64,000 nucleotides of DNA from Marsupella aquatica (GCA_973895155.1 OZ316895.1:20288803-20352802), one strand, 5' to 3'; positions 42,290-52,868 are shown, counted from the first letter of the stretch. A program made the numbers and translations. The notes: generated by a model from the letters alone, not told the origin.

Positions 42290-43692
42290 TTAGTTGATAT
42301 TCTCCACATGTAATCTATCCACTGGTCTAATCAAAGTTGACATATCCCCCTCCTCATCAAATATCAGATTTTTGACATGCAGAAGGATAGTTGTCCTTTG
42401 CACCCTTTGTTGCATCAACAGACTGAGCTCTGCTTTGATGGCGTTAGTCTCATACATTGAAAGAGCCGTCTCCTCCTCTTGATCAGCCTACAAAAAACGT
42501 TGCAAATTCAGTTCAGGAAAAAAAAAACAAGATTTTTATCGGAATCCGCATTTGTCTACAAAAAATGTTGCGAATTCAATTAAGGAAAGAAACAACAAGA
42601 TTTTTATCGAAATCCGCATTTGTTCAACAAAACTAAACGACATAATACTTACCAATGGCATCGTAGGAACCGCGATGAGAACTAAAGGAATTGATGTATT
42701 AGTCGGAGCTCTAATTACTTCTGGAGCCACCGTTTCACTCCAGCCAGTTCTCTTTCTCTTTGTGCTAAGTCCAAAACCAGATGGCCCGGATCCCTCAGAT
42801 CCTTTACTTTTGCTTGGATTAACGGATGGCGCTTCTGATGCACGTCCTCAACAATTGCCTCGGCCCCTTCCACTACCGCCAGTTTCCTGGCTCCTCTTCC
42901 CACCGTCAGAAATTCCCGTGGCATCTCCCCTGCTGCTACCTCTCCCTTTCCCTCTTCCACTTCCTGAAACCCAACCAGAACTTGCGGGTTTGTCCACATC
43001 AATATGTGGAGAGGTGTGTAATGATTCTTTACGGCCCGACCTTTTATCGGCATAAGAACCACCACTCCCGCTTGAACCAGGTTTCTTGAAAACAATTTTT
43101 TGGACAGGTTTGAACTCTTCACCCACAAGTCTCTTGTTCTCTTGTACTCTGAGTTCACCCTTGGTAGCATGATAGCATCACAATCTTGGACATACTCGCA
43201 CACCCAAGCCAACCCCATAACATTCATCTCTCTTGCTGCTCAAACTTTGATGACAAGGAGATCTTCTGGATAATTGTCAATAGATTTCTTATCAAAGTTG
43301 TTGAGAGTAACAATGACAGATGTGAAACCCTTGCGTCCACACATTGTCAAGAAACTAAGGCCCTCTGTCAAAACTTTTCCCTCCCCGTGGCCAACCATGA
43401 ACTCATAGACGGCCACAACAATCACAGGGTCATACGAAACATTAACCTTTGCAGATTTTTGCAACTGGACCCAAAGGATTGCAGTATCACAATCTTGGAA
43501 ACCCGTGGACTGTAATCTGGCGTCACGAAAGTACCATGGCTTCTTGATACACTTGACCTCTTCACAAATGTCTTCACTCGTCCAAATTGCATTGGTGAGG
43601 CTTGTCATGAGACTTTCAGCCTCAACAGATCCACTCTTTCCACTAGCAGCGCTGCCATGGCAGAGTTTGCAAATAAACATATTCCAATTCAA
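42290..43692 (-). pseudogene. Decayed cargo gene of unknown function (globular N-terminus, Gly/Ser/Arg-rich linker)
   Basis: ORF 43240-43692 continues in frame past a single TGA into 43227-. It then shifts to the frame of 42848-43126 and 42536-42730. A donor-like GTAAG lies at ~42652, and a last exon ~42488-42290 reads ADQEEETALSMYE... Confidence 0.5.
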
Positions 43693-43975
43693 AGAGCGAT
43701 AAAATTATCATTGCCAATCTCATAGCACATGTGGAAATGTAGCACGACATCTCATAACACATAAGGACAAGAGACTCGCAATGCAGACGACGATAATTTT
43801 ATCGCTCAACTCAAGATGGGGTCATTCAAGTTTCAGTATAATCATGAAAAACACATTTCCAAGGAAGTTTCAGTATAATTATACCAACACCGATAAAATT
43901 ATTGCAAAAGTAGTCTGAACAAAAAGTGAGCCTTTTTTAAATTGACGACCGAGTACACATGTGATATGTGCCTAA

Positions 43976-44870
43976 TCAATCATCCCTTCCAAGATCAAAC
44001 CGCGCTACAGCGTAGCAAGAGATTAGCTTTTTGGGCCATCGGGGAATATGAGTGACGCTATGGTCGTACGCCCACAACCAATGGAAATCAACATCACCAG
44101 TCTCAGGGTTCACTATTGCTACTGAATACCGGCGTGACAAAATGTCACAACAAGCATTGTGCAGCATTGACACATCTCACCATTGGCAAGGATGCTCGTC
44201 CACAGGCAACATACATAGACTAACTTAAACAACTCACATAAAGGTTGGGGGGAGTTGACGAGTCCTGTATGAATATAGTTTCCCACCAGTGTCAATCAAA
44301 AACTTGGTGGCAAGAGGATTAATGTCCAGTTGGTCAATCACATCCTAAATCTCATCAAATGCTCTACGTCTGTTGTGGGCATAGAATTCTGGTTCATATG
44401 CAGGATTGCCCTTCACAACATGATAACAGTGCAGTATAAAACATTTTATTGCACCGGTTTTCAGAAAGAGCAGGATAACTCTTCTAGAAAATGAAACATA
44501 TCTATCCCACCGGATATAAATTTCTCCCTCTACCTGGTCTACGTAGAAGTGAAATGCGTTATTATAAAATGATTTTGCGACTAGCCTGCAAATCTTTAAA
44601 ATTAGTGATTCATCCAGCCTCCTTAGCTGGTCCATCATGGCGCCATTTCCCCATTCCGGAGGATCCACGAAGGGTACAAAAATGTGCCGCTTGAGCATGG
44701 CCTGATCAGCAAACGGAAATCATGAATAAATTTTGGAGAACATTAACTCATTCCAATTCTACAAGTTTATTCCAACTAAGTTAAAGTACCTTGTATAACG
44801 GGCTGTGAAGCCAATGCACTTGTCAGCTAATCGTCCATAGATGCGCAAAAAACTACACTCTGGACCACAC
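43976..44870 (-). CDS. Fragmented cargo ORF(s) of unknown function
   Basis: ORFs 44345-44698 and 43976-44173 have globular-protein composition, with an AG acceptor just upstream of 44698. Confidence 0.35.
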
Positions 44871-45036
44871 AACCCGAAGTTAGGCAAAGCAATTCAGTGT
44901 CATTTATATTCAAAGTGTTTCTTTACAAGCTCTTCTCAAGCAAACCACCCACTGAAAAGAATTGACTACTAAATTGACCAGAAGGAATGAGGAGTGCGAT
45001 AAATTTATCGGATGTTTGCAGCAATGCCTCATCCAC

Positions 45037-45584
45037 TCAGACTCGTCCACGCCATGCAAGAATTGTCCGCTTCCTGCTTTCTCCAAGATTCACCCAAACT
45101 CTAAGAAACGCATCTAATCGGTCATACGAAAAGCACCCAAGCATATCTATGGGAGGGAGGAAATGAGTTTCCTCTCGAAAGACCCTAGCAATATGTAGGT
45201 TTGGGAGAAGGTCGGCATTAGGAATGCTTGCGAGCATTTTGTTTATGTCATTAATCTCACGAACTGCGTATTTCAGTAAAACCCAAAATCCTGTACCAAC
45301 AACAAGATGGTTCCATTTCTTTGAGGTGGCTCCAAGACAAATAATTATTCTCATTTGAGCCAGTCATTTTTGGGTAAAAGTTTTAGGTCATGGCCAAGGT
45401 GTTCATCGTGTGTGCAAGACAATGCTAAGAGAGGCCAAATATGAGATTCAACGAGCTGATCAGGAAGTCTATTCAACAAACTTCCGCATTCCACACCGGC
45501 CACTTTTCCTTGAATATATTTCCTATGCTCATGGGCTAATAAGGATGCCATCTTAGCAATGATTAGGTTCTCCGATGCAGCCAT
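45037..45584 (-). pseudogene. F-box-like protein split across two overlapping ORFs
   Basis: LLNRLPDQLVESHIWPLL in 45351-45584 and ICLGATSKKWNHLV in 45037-45354 resemble the two halves of an F-box; the ORFs overlap by ATGA. Confidence 0.45.
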
Positions 45585-46694
45585 TAAGCAGAGCTACCAA
45601 AACCACCAATAAAAGTACCTTCAATCACGGGTTCAATCACCAGGTGTAACCAAAGATATCCACAGTACCAACCCTACATGACAGTTTAACAATTAGGACT
45701 CGGAGCGTATTATATTCGCTACACTTGGGTAAAACTGTTTTATATTAAATGTGTCCTTACAAAATGCGCCTCATGTGGTGCGTCCCATGGCTCCCTAAAC
45801 CCAAGAAACCCCCCAGCTCAAGCCGATTCCCGCAGGTTTTGTGCTTGGCGAGGCCGTTTCCGCGGCTTAGCGGCATGGGACGCTGCTAACCTTCTACTAC
45901 TACTATTAACATTTTACACACATATACTGGACAGATCCTTCATCGGGTCATGAGATACGTAGCCGGCCTAATATAGGCCTTCCCCTATCTTCCCCTGTCT
46001 TCCCCTCCGTCTTGTTAGGTATGTTTGGATTCCGCCGCCGGAATGATCCCCAATAGGCTTGGTTAAGCCGCTAAGACCTCTCTCAGCTCGACACATCCAA
46101 CTCTCACTCCCCTGCTTACTTTCCTTCCTTCTGTTGATGTGGGCACTCTTCACACAAGTTAATGCGACACACAAATAGCAAAATGACTCATTCTGACTGA
46201 ATCATACCATGCACTTGCCATACAAACAGTACATCTCATACACAAGTTCTGCGAACTAAGCCGTGAGGCCAACTCTATTCAGCTCTTAGGCATGAGGAAA
46301 CATGAATATACACAAGGGTCACTGTATGACTAACCGAGAGCTTCTCGTACTACTTGATCCCAGCCCGGCTGGTGCAAACTAAAAACTTGCTAAAGAAGAG
46401 GCCCTGAGCTCCCCGCTGCCCAGGTACTTATCCTGGTAGTGGATCCGCCATTCTTTGCATCGTAAGCCTAATCTACCTGACAGTAATCTACTTGCCCGAA
46501 TCTACCTATGTACAGCAAGGCAGGAGCACAAGTGTTGCTCCTACCAGTGGGACCGCAATCCCACTAAGCTAAGTGTCAGGGCCGCTCCTGGTTCTGATCC
46601 TAATCCTAAACGTGGAGATCCGCGCCCGCCCTGCCCACTCACGCCTCCTCCCTCCACGTCCGCCCTCCCTAAAAGGAACGGCACCCTTGCACCG

Positions 46695-49600
46695 TCACGA
46701 CACCGGTGGTGGATCCTCAATGGACGCCCCCAACACTTCCTCCTCAGCCACTGCCGTTGGCCCGCCTACTGACAGATTACCTGCCCTTGACCGAGTCAAC
46801 TCTCCATCGGCCTGACTGGGTCCACCTTCGGCTTTAGCCTCGACACCGGCCTCGGCAATACCCACGGCTTCGGCAATACCCACGGCTTCGGCCTCAGCCA
46901 CTCCCACGGCTTCGGCTTCAGCCACTCCCTCGGCTTCGGCCTCCCCTTCCCCTAGGGTAGTTGGATCCTTAGCCGTGACCCTGTCTGGGGTCGGTGCTGG
47001 GTCTACCTCCTTGATCACCACGGCCTGTGAAGTCGTATTACTCCTTGACCCTGAAGGTTTCCGCTTCTTCTTCGTTGGTGGCTCGGCAGCTGGTCCCTTC
47101 CCCTTCCCACTTACTTCCGGCACTGGTGCAGTTGGCGCGGCTTGTCCTTCGGCAATTACCACCCCTGGTAACTGGTTTGTCCCAACGGGAGATGGACCTG
47201 CTGCAGCTAAGCATTTAAATACTGCGGCTTGTTTCTTCAGCCGCTCTGTTTGGTTGTCGGCCCGCCGCTGTAGGTTCTCCATCTTCCTCGTGATTTCCTC
47301 CAACTCCTCTTGGGTTTCATCCAGGTCCTTACGTGCCCCCTCCAGCTCATTTTTGGCCTCCTCTTGCTCCCTGTGGGCTTCCTCCAATTCCTTCTTCAAG
47401 GTAGCCCTCTCCTCCTGGGTTGCTCTTAGCTCCTTGTTGAGCTCTGCAATGATGACAGACTCCATCTGGTTCATCTTGGCGTAAGTCTGTTCGAGCATCT
47501 CGTCCTTCTCCCTTAGGTCGGCCTTGAAGCTGGCCGTCAGGGACGCAAGCTCCTGCTGCAGCGCCATAATCCCTTGATAGGATTTCCCTAACTCGACCTC
47601 CTTCTGCTCAAGGGCTCCGCGGATTTTCTCGAGCTCCCCTTTCAACGCCCATTCCTTTCTTTGGGTCTCCGCCATGGCCCGGCTGTTGGCTGTTATGTGG
47701 GCCTCCTCTGTATTCTTCAGCTCTTGCTTCCACTTCTCCCTCTCTTTGATCGTGTCGGCCAACTCTTCCTGCGTCTGAGTCAGTTTATCCTTGATATTCT
47801 GATTATCAGCCTGCGCGGTGTCCAACTGCCCCTGCATGATGTTCAGCTCATGTCGTTTAATCCGCAGTTCATCTTGGGCTTTCTTGGCCGCCCTTAGATC
47901 TTCAATCTCGGCTTCCATCCTCCTAAGCCGCCGAATGACCTCGTCCTTCTTGCTTCTCTCTAAAGCCACCGCTTCTTCTAATTGGTGCTTCTCCAACTGC
48001 TCCCTATGGAAAAAGGGTCCTACCTCCAACTCCTCTCCAAAGATGCCGAGTGCAAGTTCCCCACACATCTCACCATACTCCATGGCTCTATTCTTAGCGT
48101 AGGTGGAGTAAGTAGAAGTGATCGGCATCGCCCATCGTGGCCTCTGCTCCCAAGCCGTCCTGCGGATCTCTTCAATCGTGGCTAGAGGTTTGCTTCCTTT
48201 TTCGGCCAGCCGCCTGATGTCCTCCGGCCAATCTCCTCCTGGTAAATCCTTTTCCTTAGCCAGGGCGGCCTCTTCCTCCTGCTTGATTCGCTCCTGAAAT
48301 TCCTGCACCGTCTGTTTTATGCCGTCGAAGCTCGGGGGAGCAACATCTGGTGGGGGAGACTCAGGGCTACTCTGCTGGTTGGGGTCCCCTCGCACTACCC
48401 TTGGAAGTGTGGGGACAAACCGGCCACAGGTCCTTACTCCTGGAACGTGATGGTCCGACCCATAGCCGGAATTATCATGGCTGCAGTCCTCCACTGCCTC
48501 CTCTACCTCTTGGACGTCCGGCTTCTCCCTCTCCTCTTCGTCAGTAGGAGCTTCAGGCAATTCTGCCTCAGATTCGGAGCTTGAGGTTCCCACGTACATT
48601 CGAACACCTGGCTTGGATTTCGGCCTGATTCTCTCCTTGTCTCCAGCAAAGGGGTTTTCTCTTGTGAGCCGGTGTAGGCCTACCTCTATAGTAGTGTCCT
48701 GCATTGTTGCCGTTGCCGTTGTTGTTGCCGATGCCGATTTCTTTTCTTTCTCTAGTAGTTTCAGCAGACTCTGCATGCCTGGTTGCTGCATCGGCAAGTC
48801 TTCCTTCCTGGGCCTAAACACCTGCTCGATCGTAGGACTAACAGGTGGTTGAGGCTTCTCAGCCAACGGCCTTGGCGTTGGAGCTTCCTCGGGTGCCCTT
48901 ACCTGCAGGGGAAGTACCGGGGCAAAAGTCTGACCTCTGGCATACCGGCACAACAGCGGCATGTGATAGCCAAGCCGCGACACGCTCCCCATGCCGATTA
49001 CCTGCTCCTCCTCCTTTAAGATCTTCTTCAATTGGTTGAGGAGGTACCCGTTGTAGTCCCGGCTTGGGTCTGGCCTTTCTGCCAGATAGACCTGTGCCTT
49101 GCCGATCTCTGCCCTCGGCAAGTTACAATGCATGGTCACCCGCAAGAAGTCGATCATCTCTCCTATGTGCGGGTTGGTGCAGGTGTTCCGGAAGAAGCCA
49201 TTCTTCGTTGATGGCCCGGGGAACGACCGGAACTCCTTGTCAGGCAAGGTCTTCCTGGTATCAACTTTGGTCTTATTGCCTATCGGCAGGCCAAACACTT
49301 CGGCAATTACCTTGGGAGTAAGATAGAAATCCTTCCCATATATCCTCGTGCAATTGGTCTCGGGTTCCCATGACCCCACGAATTCTAATAGGTCTGACTC
49401 CGGTACCTCCGGCTTCAGCCATGGTAATCTTACAAAGGCCTCCAAGCCGGATCCGGCCATGAAGCCTTGGTACTTCTTGGTCTGCATGGCTGTAAAGCAT
49501 GCATCCTCCTCCCGTGCAAAATGTAGTTGCACCTCCACCGGTAGGGTTGCCGCCCAGCCCTTCCAGGTGTCATCCCTGGTTGGAATGGCCTTGATGGGAT

Positions 49601-50375
49601 CGACCTCCTCCTCTTCGGCTTCTCCCTGCCTCCTGCTCTGCTGCTCGGCTGGCCTCTTTGGTGCCGCCGACCTCGTTCTTTTTGACGGGGTGGCTTCATC
49701 GTTGACGGCCCCCTTCCTCTTCATCTCTGCTGCCGTGGAGGTTTCTCCTAGCACCGTTGCCTGGGTCCACCTTTCCGTGCTACCCTTTAATTCCCAGTGT
49801 ATGTCGTTGCAGTTCTTGATGGCCTCTCGGATGCCAACGACGCTGTCTTTGCAAAACAGAAGATCGTCGAGTTGATTGGAAGTAGGCGTCCACAGGAACT
49901 CGTCCTTGATGAGTTCGCCTCCTAAGAAAGCCGTCTTCTGCAACTCCCACAATCGAGCGAGCTCCTGCCGTTCTCGAGCTGCCCTTTCTGACTCCTCGTC
50001 CTCGTAAGTCTTGATGTACTCAGTTGCCCGTTCGAACAGGCATCCCCAGAAATGTGCCACTTGATTGACGTTGCTCATACCCTCCTTAGGTCGATCGTCG
50101 GTATCTACTCTCTCCCCGAGTGCTTGCCTAAGCAGCTGACAGTAGTTGGCCTCCCGTAGTCGTCTACCTAGTTCGTGCTCGCAAATGAGCCACCATCTCC
50201 TGCAAGCGCTCCTTACCCCTCTCCTCTGCCGGTCCTTCTTCCCGTTGATCCTTCCTAGCCGCCGACGCTTAACGCACCCTAACCCTAATCGGGTTTTCAC
50301 CCTTAGCCTTACCTCCGGCCTCGGCCCGGGTTCCATGGTTGCCCCTAATTGTTCATATTTTCCTTGTTTTGTCAC
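46695..50375 (-). CDS. Intact, intronless 1226-aa TE-associated protein (plant-mobile/'putative plant transposon protein'-like domain + long coiled coil + AEAVG(V/I) repeats)
   Basis: Uninterrupted ORF. GLEAFVRLPW...LLEFVGSW...IYGKDFYLTPKVIAEVFGLP resembles the extra ORFs of plant Gypsy elements. Heptad-rich region ~aa 790-1060. A degenerate paralogue is at 10.5-11.9 kb. Confidence 0.7.
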   Translation of the reverse strand: MTKQGKYEQLGATMEPGPRPEVRLRVKTRLGLGCVKRRRLGRINGKKDRQRRGVRSACRRWWLICEHELGRRLREANYCQLLRQALGERVDTDDRPKEGMSNVNQVAHFWGCLFERATEYIKTYEDEESERAARERQELARLWELQKTAFLGGELIKDEFLWTPTSNQLDDLLFCKDSVVGIREAIKNCNDIHWELKGSTERWTQATVLGETSTAAEMKRKGAVNDEATPSKRTRSAAPKRPAEQQSRRQGEAEEEEVDPIKAIPTRDDTWKGWAATLPVEVQLHFAREEDACFTAMQTKKYQGFMAGSGLEAFVRLPWLKPEVPESDLLEFVGSWEPETNCTRIYGKDFYLTPKVIAEVFGLPIGNKTKVDTRKTLPDKEFRSFPGPSTKNGFFRNTCTNPHIGEMIDFLRVTMHCNLPRAEIGKAQVYLAERPDPSRDYNGYLLNQLKKILKEEEQVIGMGSVSRLGYHMPLLCRYARGQTFAPVLPLQVRAPEEAPTPRPLAEKPQPPVSPTIEQVFRPRKEDLPMQQPGMQSLLKLLEKEKKSASATTTATATMQDTTIEVGLHRLTRENPFAGDKERIRPKSKPGVRMYVGTSSSESEAELPEAPTDEEEREKPDVQEVEEAVEDCSHDNSGYGSDHHVPGVRTCGRFVPTLPRVVRGDPNQQSSPESPPPDVAPPSFDGIKQTVQEFQERIKQEEEAALAKEKDLPGGDWPEDIRRLAEKGSKPLATIEEIRRTAWEQRPRWAMPITSTYSTYAKNRAMEYGEMCGELALGIFGEELEVGPFFHREQLEKHQLEEAVALERSKKDEVIRRLRRMEAEIEDLRAAKKAQDELRIKRHELNIMQGQLDTAQADNQNIKDKLTQTQEELADTIKEREKWKQELKNTEEAHITANSRAMAETQRKEWALKGELEKIRGALEQKEVELGKSYQGIMALQQELASLTASFKADLREKDEMLEQTYAKMNQMESVIIAELNKELRATQEERATLKKELEEAHREQEEAKNELEGARKDLDETQEELEEITRKMENLQRRADNQTERLKKQAAVFKCLAAAGPSPVGTNQLPGVVIAEGQAAPTAPVPEVSGKGKGPAAEPPTKKKRKPSGSRSNTTSQAVVIKEVDPAPTPDRVTAKDPTTLGEGEAEAEGVAEAEAVGVAEAEAVGIAEAVGIAEAGVEAKAEGGPSQADGELTRSRAGNLSVGGPTAVAEEEVLGASIEDPPPVS

Positions 50376-50474
50376 TATACTAAGGTGTTCCTAGGGTGCC
50401 TTCCTGCTTTACCCACTTAACCGGCCGAGTGATTCCTGTCTAGGCATCACACCTCAATGTGAAGGTTGCAACAC

Positions 50475-50804
50475 TCATCGTGAAAGGTTGACCCAAGGGT
50501 CCTCGTTCCAAATCTGACAACATAAGTATGCCAGTTTATGGTACTTGTTGTGAAGACGACAACAACAATAGTTACAAGAAAACTCCAAAGAATGGAGACA
50601 CGCCGTTAACATCAACCTTGAAAAAATTGGAACTCCTGCACCATTCATTCCGCAAAACTCAATCCGGAGAGGATTTTGCCTATCTCCGAGAGCAGTAGCA
50701 CCCATCCACAATGCTCCTACACCAATAGGGAGAACTTTATGTTGCACTAGTTTCTTGTACAACCGGCGTGCACATTTGACACAATTTTGAATTAAGACAG
50801 CCAT
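50475..50804 (-). CDS. Small Cys-rich ORF of unknown function
   Basis: 109 aa, CVKC...CNYCCC..H...CC; possible zinc-binding cargo gene. Confidence 0.3.
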   Translation of the reverse strand: MAVLIQNCVKCARRLYKKLVQHKVLPIGVGALWMGATALGDRQNPLRIEFCGMNGAGVPIFSRLMLTACLHSLEFSCNYCCCRLHNKYHKLAYLCCQIWNEDPWVNLSR

Positions 50805-51014
50805 TTGTCAATATACCTATGATCCACCGAGTGCAATCGACCTTCCGTTGTGCCTCCTAAACCCGGCAGCACTGCGACATCACAAAGGAAGATGAGTCTC
50901 CAAACAAAACAGAGGAAAATGAGTCTCACAAGAGGGTGCAATAAGTTTATCACACTTCGCATTCACCTTGAAGACATGACTCCCTCACACACCTAAGCCC
51001 TGAATCCATTAAAG

Positions 51015-51400
51015 GAATGGATACTCTGATAAATTTATCGGAGTCTCAAACAATCTTCAATCAATCACAAGAATGGAAACTCCAATAAATTTATCGGAGT
51101 CTCAAACAATCTTCAATTAATCACAGGAATGGAAACTCCGATAAATTTATCGGAGTCTCAATTAATCCTTTATCCATCAAAGGAATGAAGACTCCGATAA
51201 ATCTATTGGACCTTGAATATAGTCTATGGAATGAATGCGCACTCCTCTTATTTTACTGGATCAAAGGAATGCAACATAGGAATGTAGAATGCGATAAATT
51301 TATCGCAATCTGCTCGGATCAGGACATTGACACCAAATGACAAGTCAACCTTACATAGATGATACTCAAAATAGAATGGTAGTTTTGATAAATTTATCGG
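51015..51400. repeat. Array of palindromic CCGATAAATTTATCGG sites, 4 copies at 56-bp period plus 2 outliers
   Basis: ACTC(C/T)(G/A)ATAAAT(T/C)TAT(C/T)GGA at 51023, 51079, 51135 and 51191; TGCGATAAATTTATCGCA at 51290-51307; GATAAATTTATCGG at 51387. Confidence 0.9.
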
Positions 51401-52274
51401 GTTCTCTGGAGAAAGAGTCAAGTCTCTTGGGAGGAATGTAAGACTCAATAGGAGTTCAGTATTCGCTCTGAGTGAGGTGTTGTTCGCTCCGGAAAAAATA
51501 AACTTTTTATGGGCAGCCCGCTCCTCTTTATATATGGGATGCTCTAACCATGCATGGTTACTTTCCCCCTTAACCCGAGCCTTAACCCGGGTTAGTGCAT
51601 GATCGACCCTCGATTACGTGGTTCAGACCAAGTTACTCGCAGTTTGGACTTTTTCACAGACCAAATGTAAAACCCGATGCACGTATTGCTCCCTGCATTC
51701 CCGCAGCGATGCAATGTAGGAAACTAGTGTTTCTTCAAGTTTTCAGCAGTTTTATCGGAGATTGCATTGCCTTAGAAAAAATGGAATTGGGCTAAACAAG
51801 AAGTGTGTCCCACTTCTCGGTCGGTCCAAAATCATGTTAAGTGTATTGCTCAGTCTACTACAGAAGTGGATTATGTTGCAGCAGCGGAAGCAGCAAAGGA
51901 AAAAAATTGGTTGGATAGACTTATCATTGAGATGAGATTGCCAGAGGGGAATGTGAAGCTCCATTGTGATAGTCCGAGTGCACTCCACCTTGCTATGAAC
52001 CAGGTGATAGACAACAGAGTGAAGCACATTGATGTAAAGTACCATTTTATCAGGCAGGCTGTGTCTGATAATATGTTTGAGCTAGTCAAGATTTACAGTA
52101 AATTCAACCCGACTTTTACGTCGCTTTTACTAAAGTGATTCCTTTGGAGAGTTTTTCTAGACACCGTGATGCGTTGTAGGTTTTGCAATTGCCTCATAAG
52201 TAGGGTTACTTAACATTTGTGTAGATACTGAGATATGCTCTTGCTCATTTCTTGTATAGGCTACGGCTTAGTTC

Positions 52275-52677
52275 TGTTGAGCATAGACGACGATCGCAAC
52301 GGCAAGCCCATGAACCATCCAACGCACAATAGTCGACACAAGAGATACGTGGTTCACCTCCTTGAGGCTACGTCCACGGGAACACACAAGAGAGCTTTAC
52401 TGAACTCTAAGCCCGTCGGCTATACCGAGTCTCCACAGTGTAAGCTCTCCCTATCTCTCAAGTGGCTCCATAACAATGAGCCTTGGTTCTACCTCTCCAA
52501 GTACACATGCCTCTTATGATATAGTGTGCAACTTAGTTGTACCTAACCACATAGTTGTACCTAACCACATAGTTGTACCTAATCACGTAGTTGTACCTAA
52601 CCACATAGTTGTACCAACCCACATTGTTGTACCAACCACGTCATACCTAACCTAGACGTAAGAGTAAATACCCAACA
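52275..52677 (-). repeat. Copia 3' LTR (contains 18-bp AGTTGTACCTAACCACAT tandem units)
   Basis: Direct repeat of 58331-58733; TGTTG...CAACA termini. Confidence 0.95.
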
Positions 52678-52868
52678 ATCTTCCCCTTGACTCTGGTCTA
52701 GGGGAGAGTAATACTGCCAATGTATATGATCCCTCAGCGGGAAGTTCTGGACAGAAACCAAACCGGTTTCCCTCTCTAACTAGAGCAAACCAGAACTAAG
52801 CCGTAGCCTAATACATAGGAATGAGGAAGAGCATATATCAGTAATTACAATGAATGTTTAAGAAAACT

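Larger units (their letters stand above)
33660..51840. mobile_element. Putative large cargo-carrying DNA transposon (Sola-related transposase + ParB-methyltransferase + accessory ORFs); boundaries approximate
   Basis: Divergent transposase and MTase genes. Shared palindromic motifs (GATAAATTTATC, TCATGA) are scattered from ~34.2 to 51.8 kb. There is an abrupt junction with Copia RNase H sequence at ~51840. No convincing TIR or TSD was found. Confidence 0.55.

Noticed and set aside
46975-50394. Numerous + strand ORFs opposite the 1226-aa ORF (likewise opposite pol and LINE ORF2)
   Set aside because: These are antisense shadows of GC-rich coding sequence.
45645-50470. TGTAACC...GGTTGCA as termini of an inserted element
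   Set aside because: Only a 6/7 match, and the flanking 5-mers differ (CCAGG versus ACACT), so there is no TSD.
51015-51215. CRISPR-like appearance (palindromic repeats at a regular period)
   Set aside because: The spacers are similar to each other rather than unique, there are no cas genes, and the context is eukaryotic. It is a tandem repeat.
33660-51840. TTAA target-site duplication and TIRs for the large element
   Set aside because: TTAA is present at both presumed ends, but the adjacent sequences are not convincing inverted repeats and the two flanks do not rejoin into one target.
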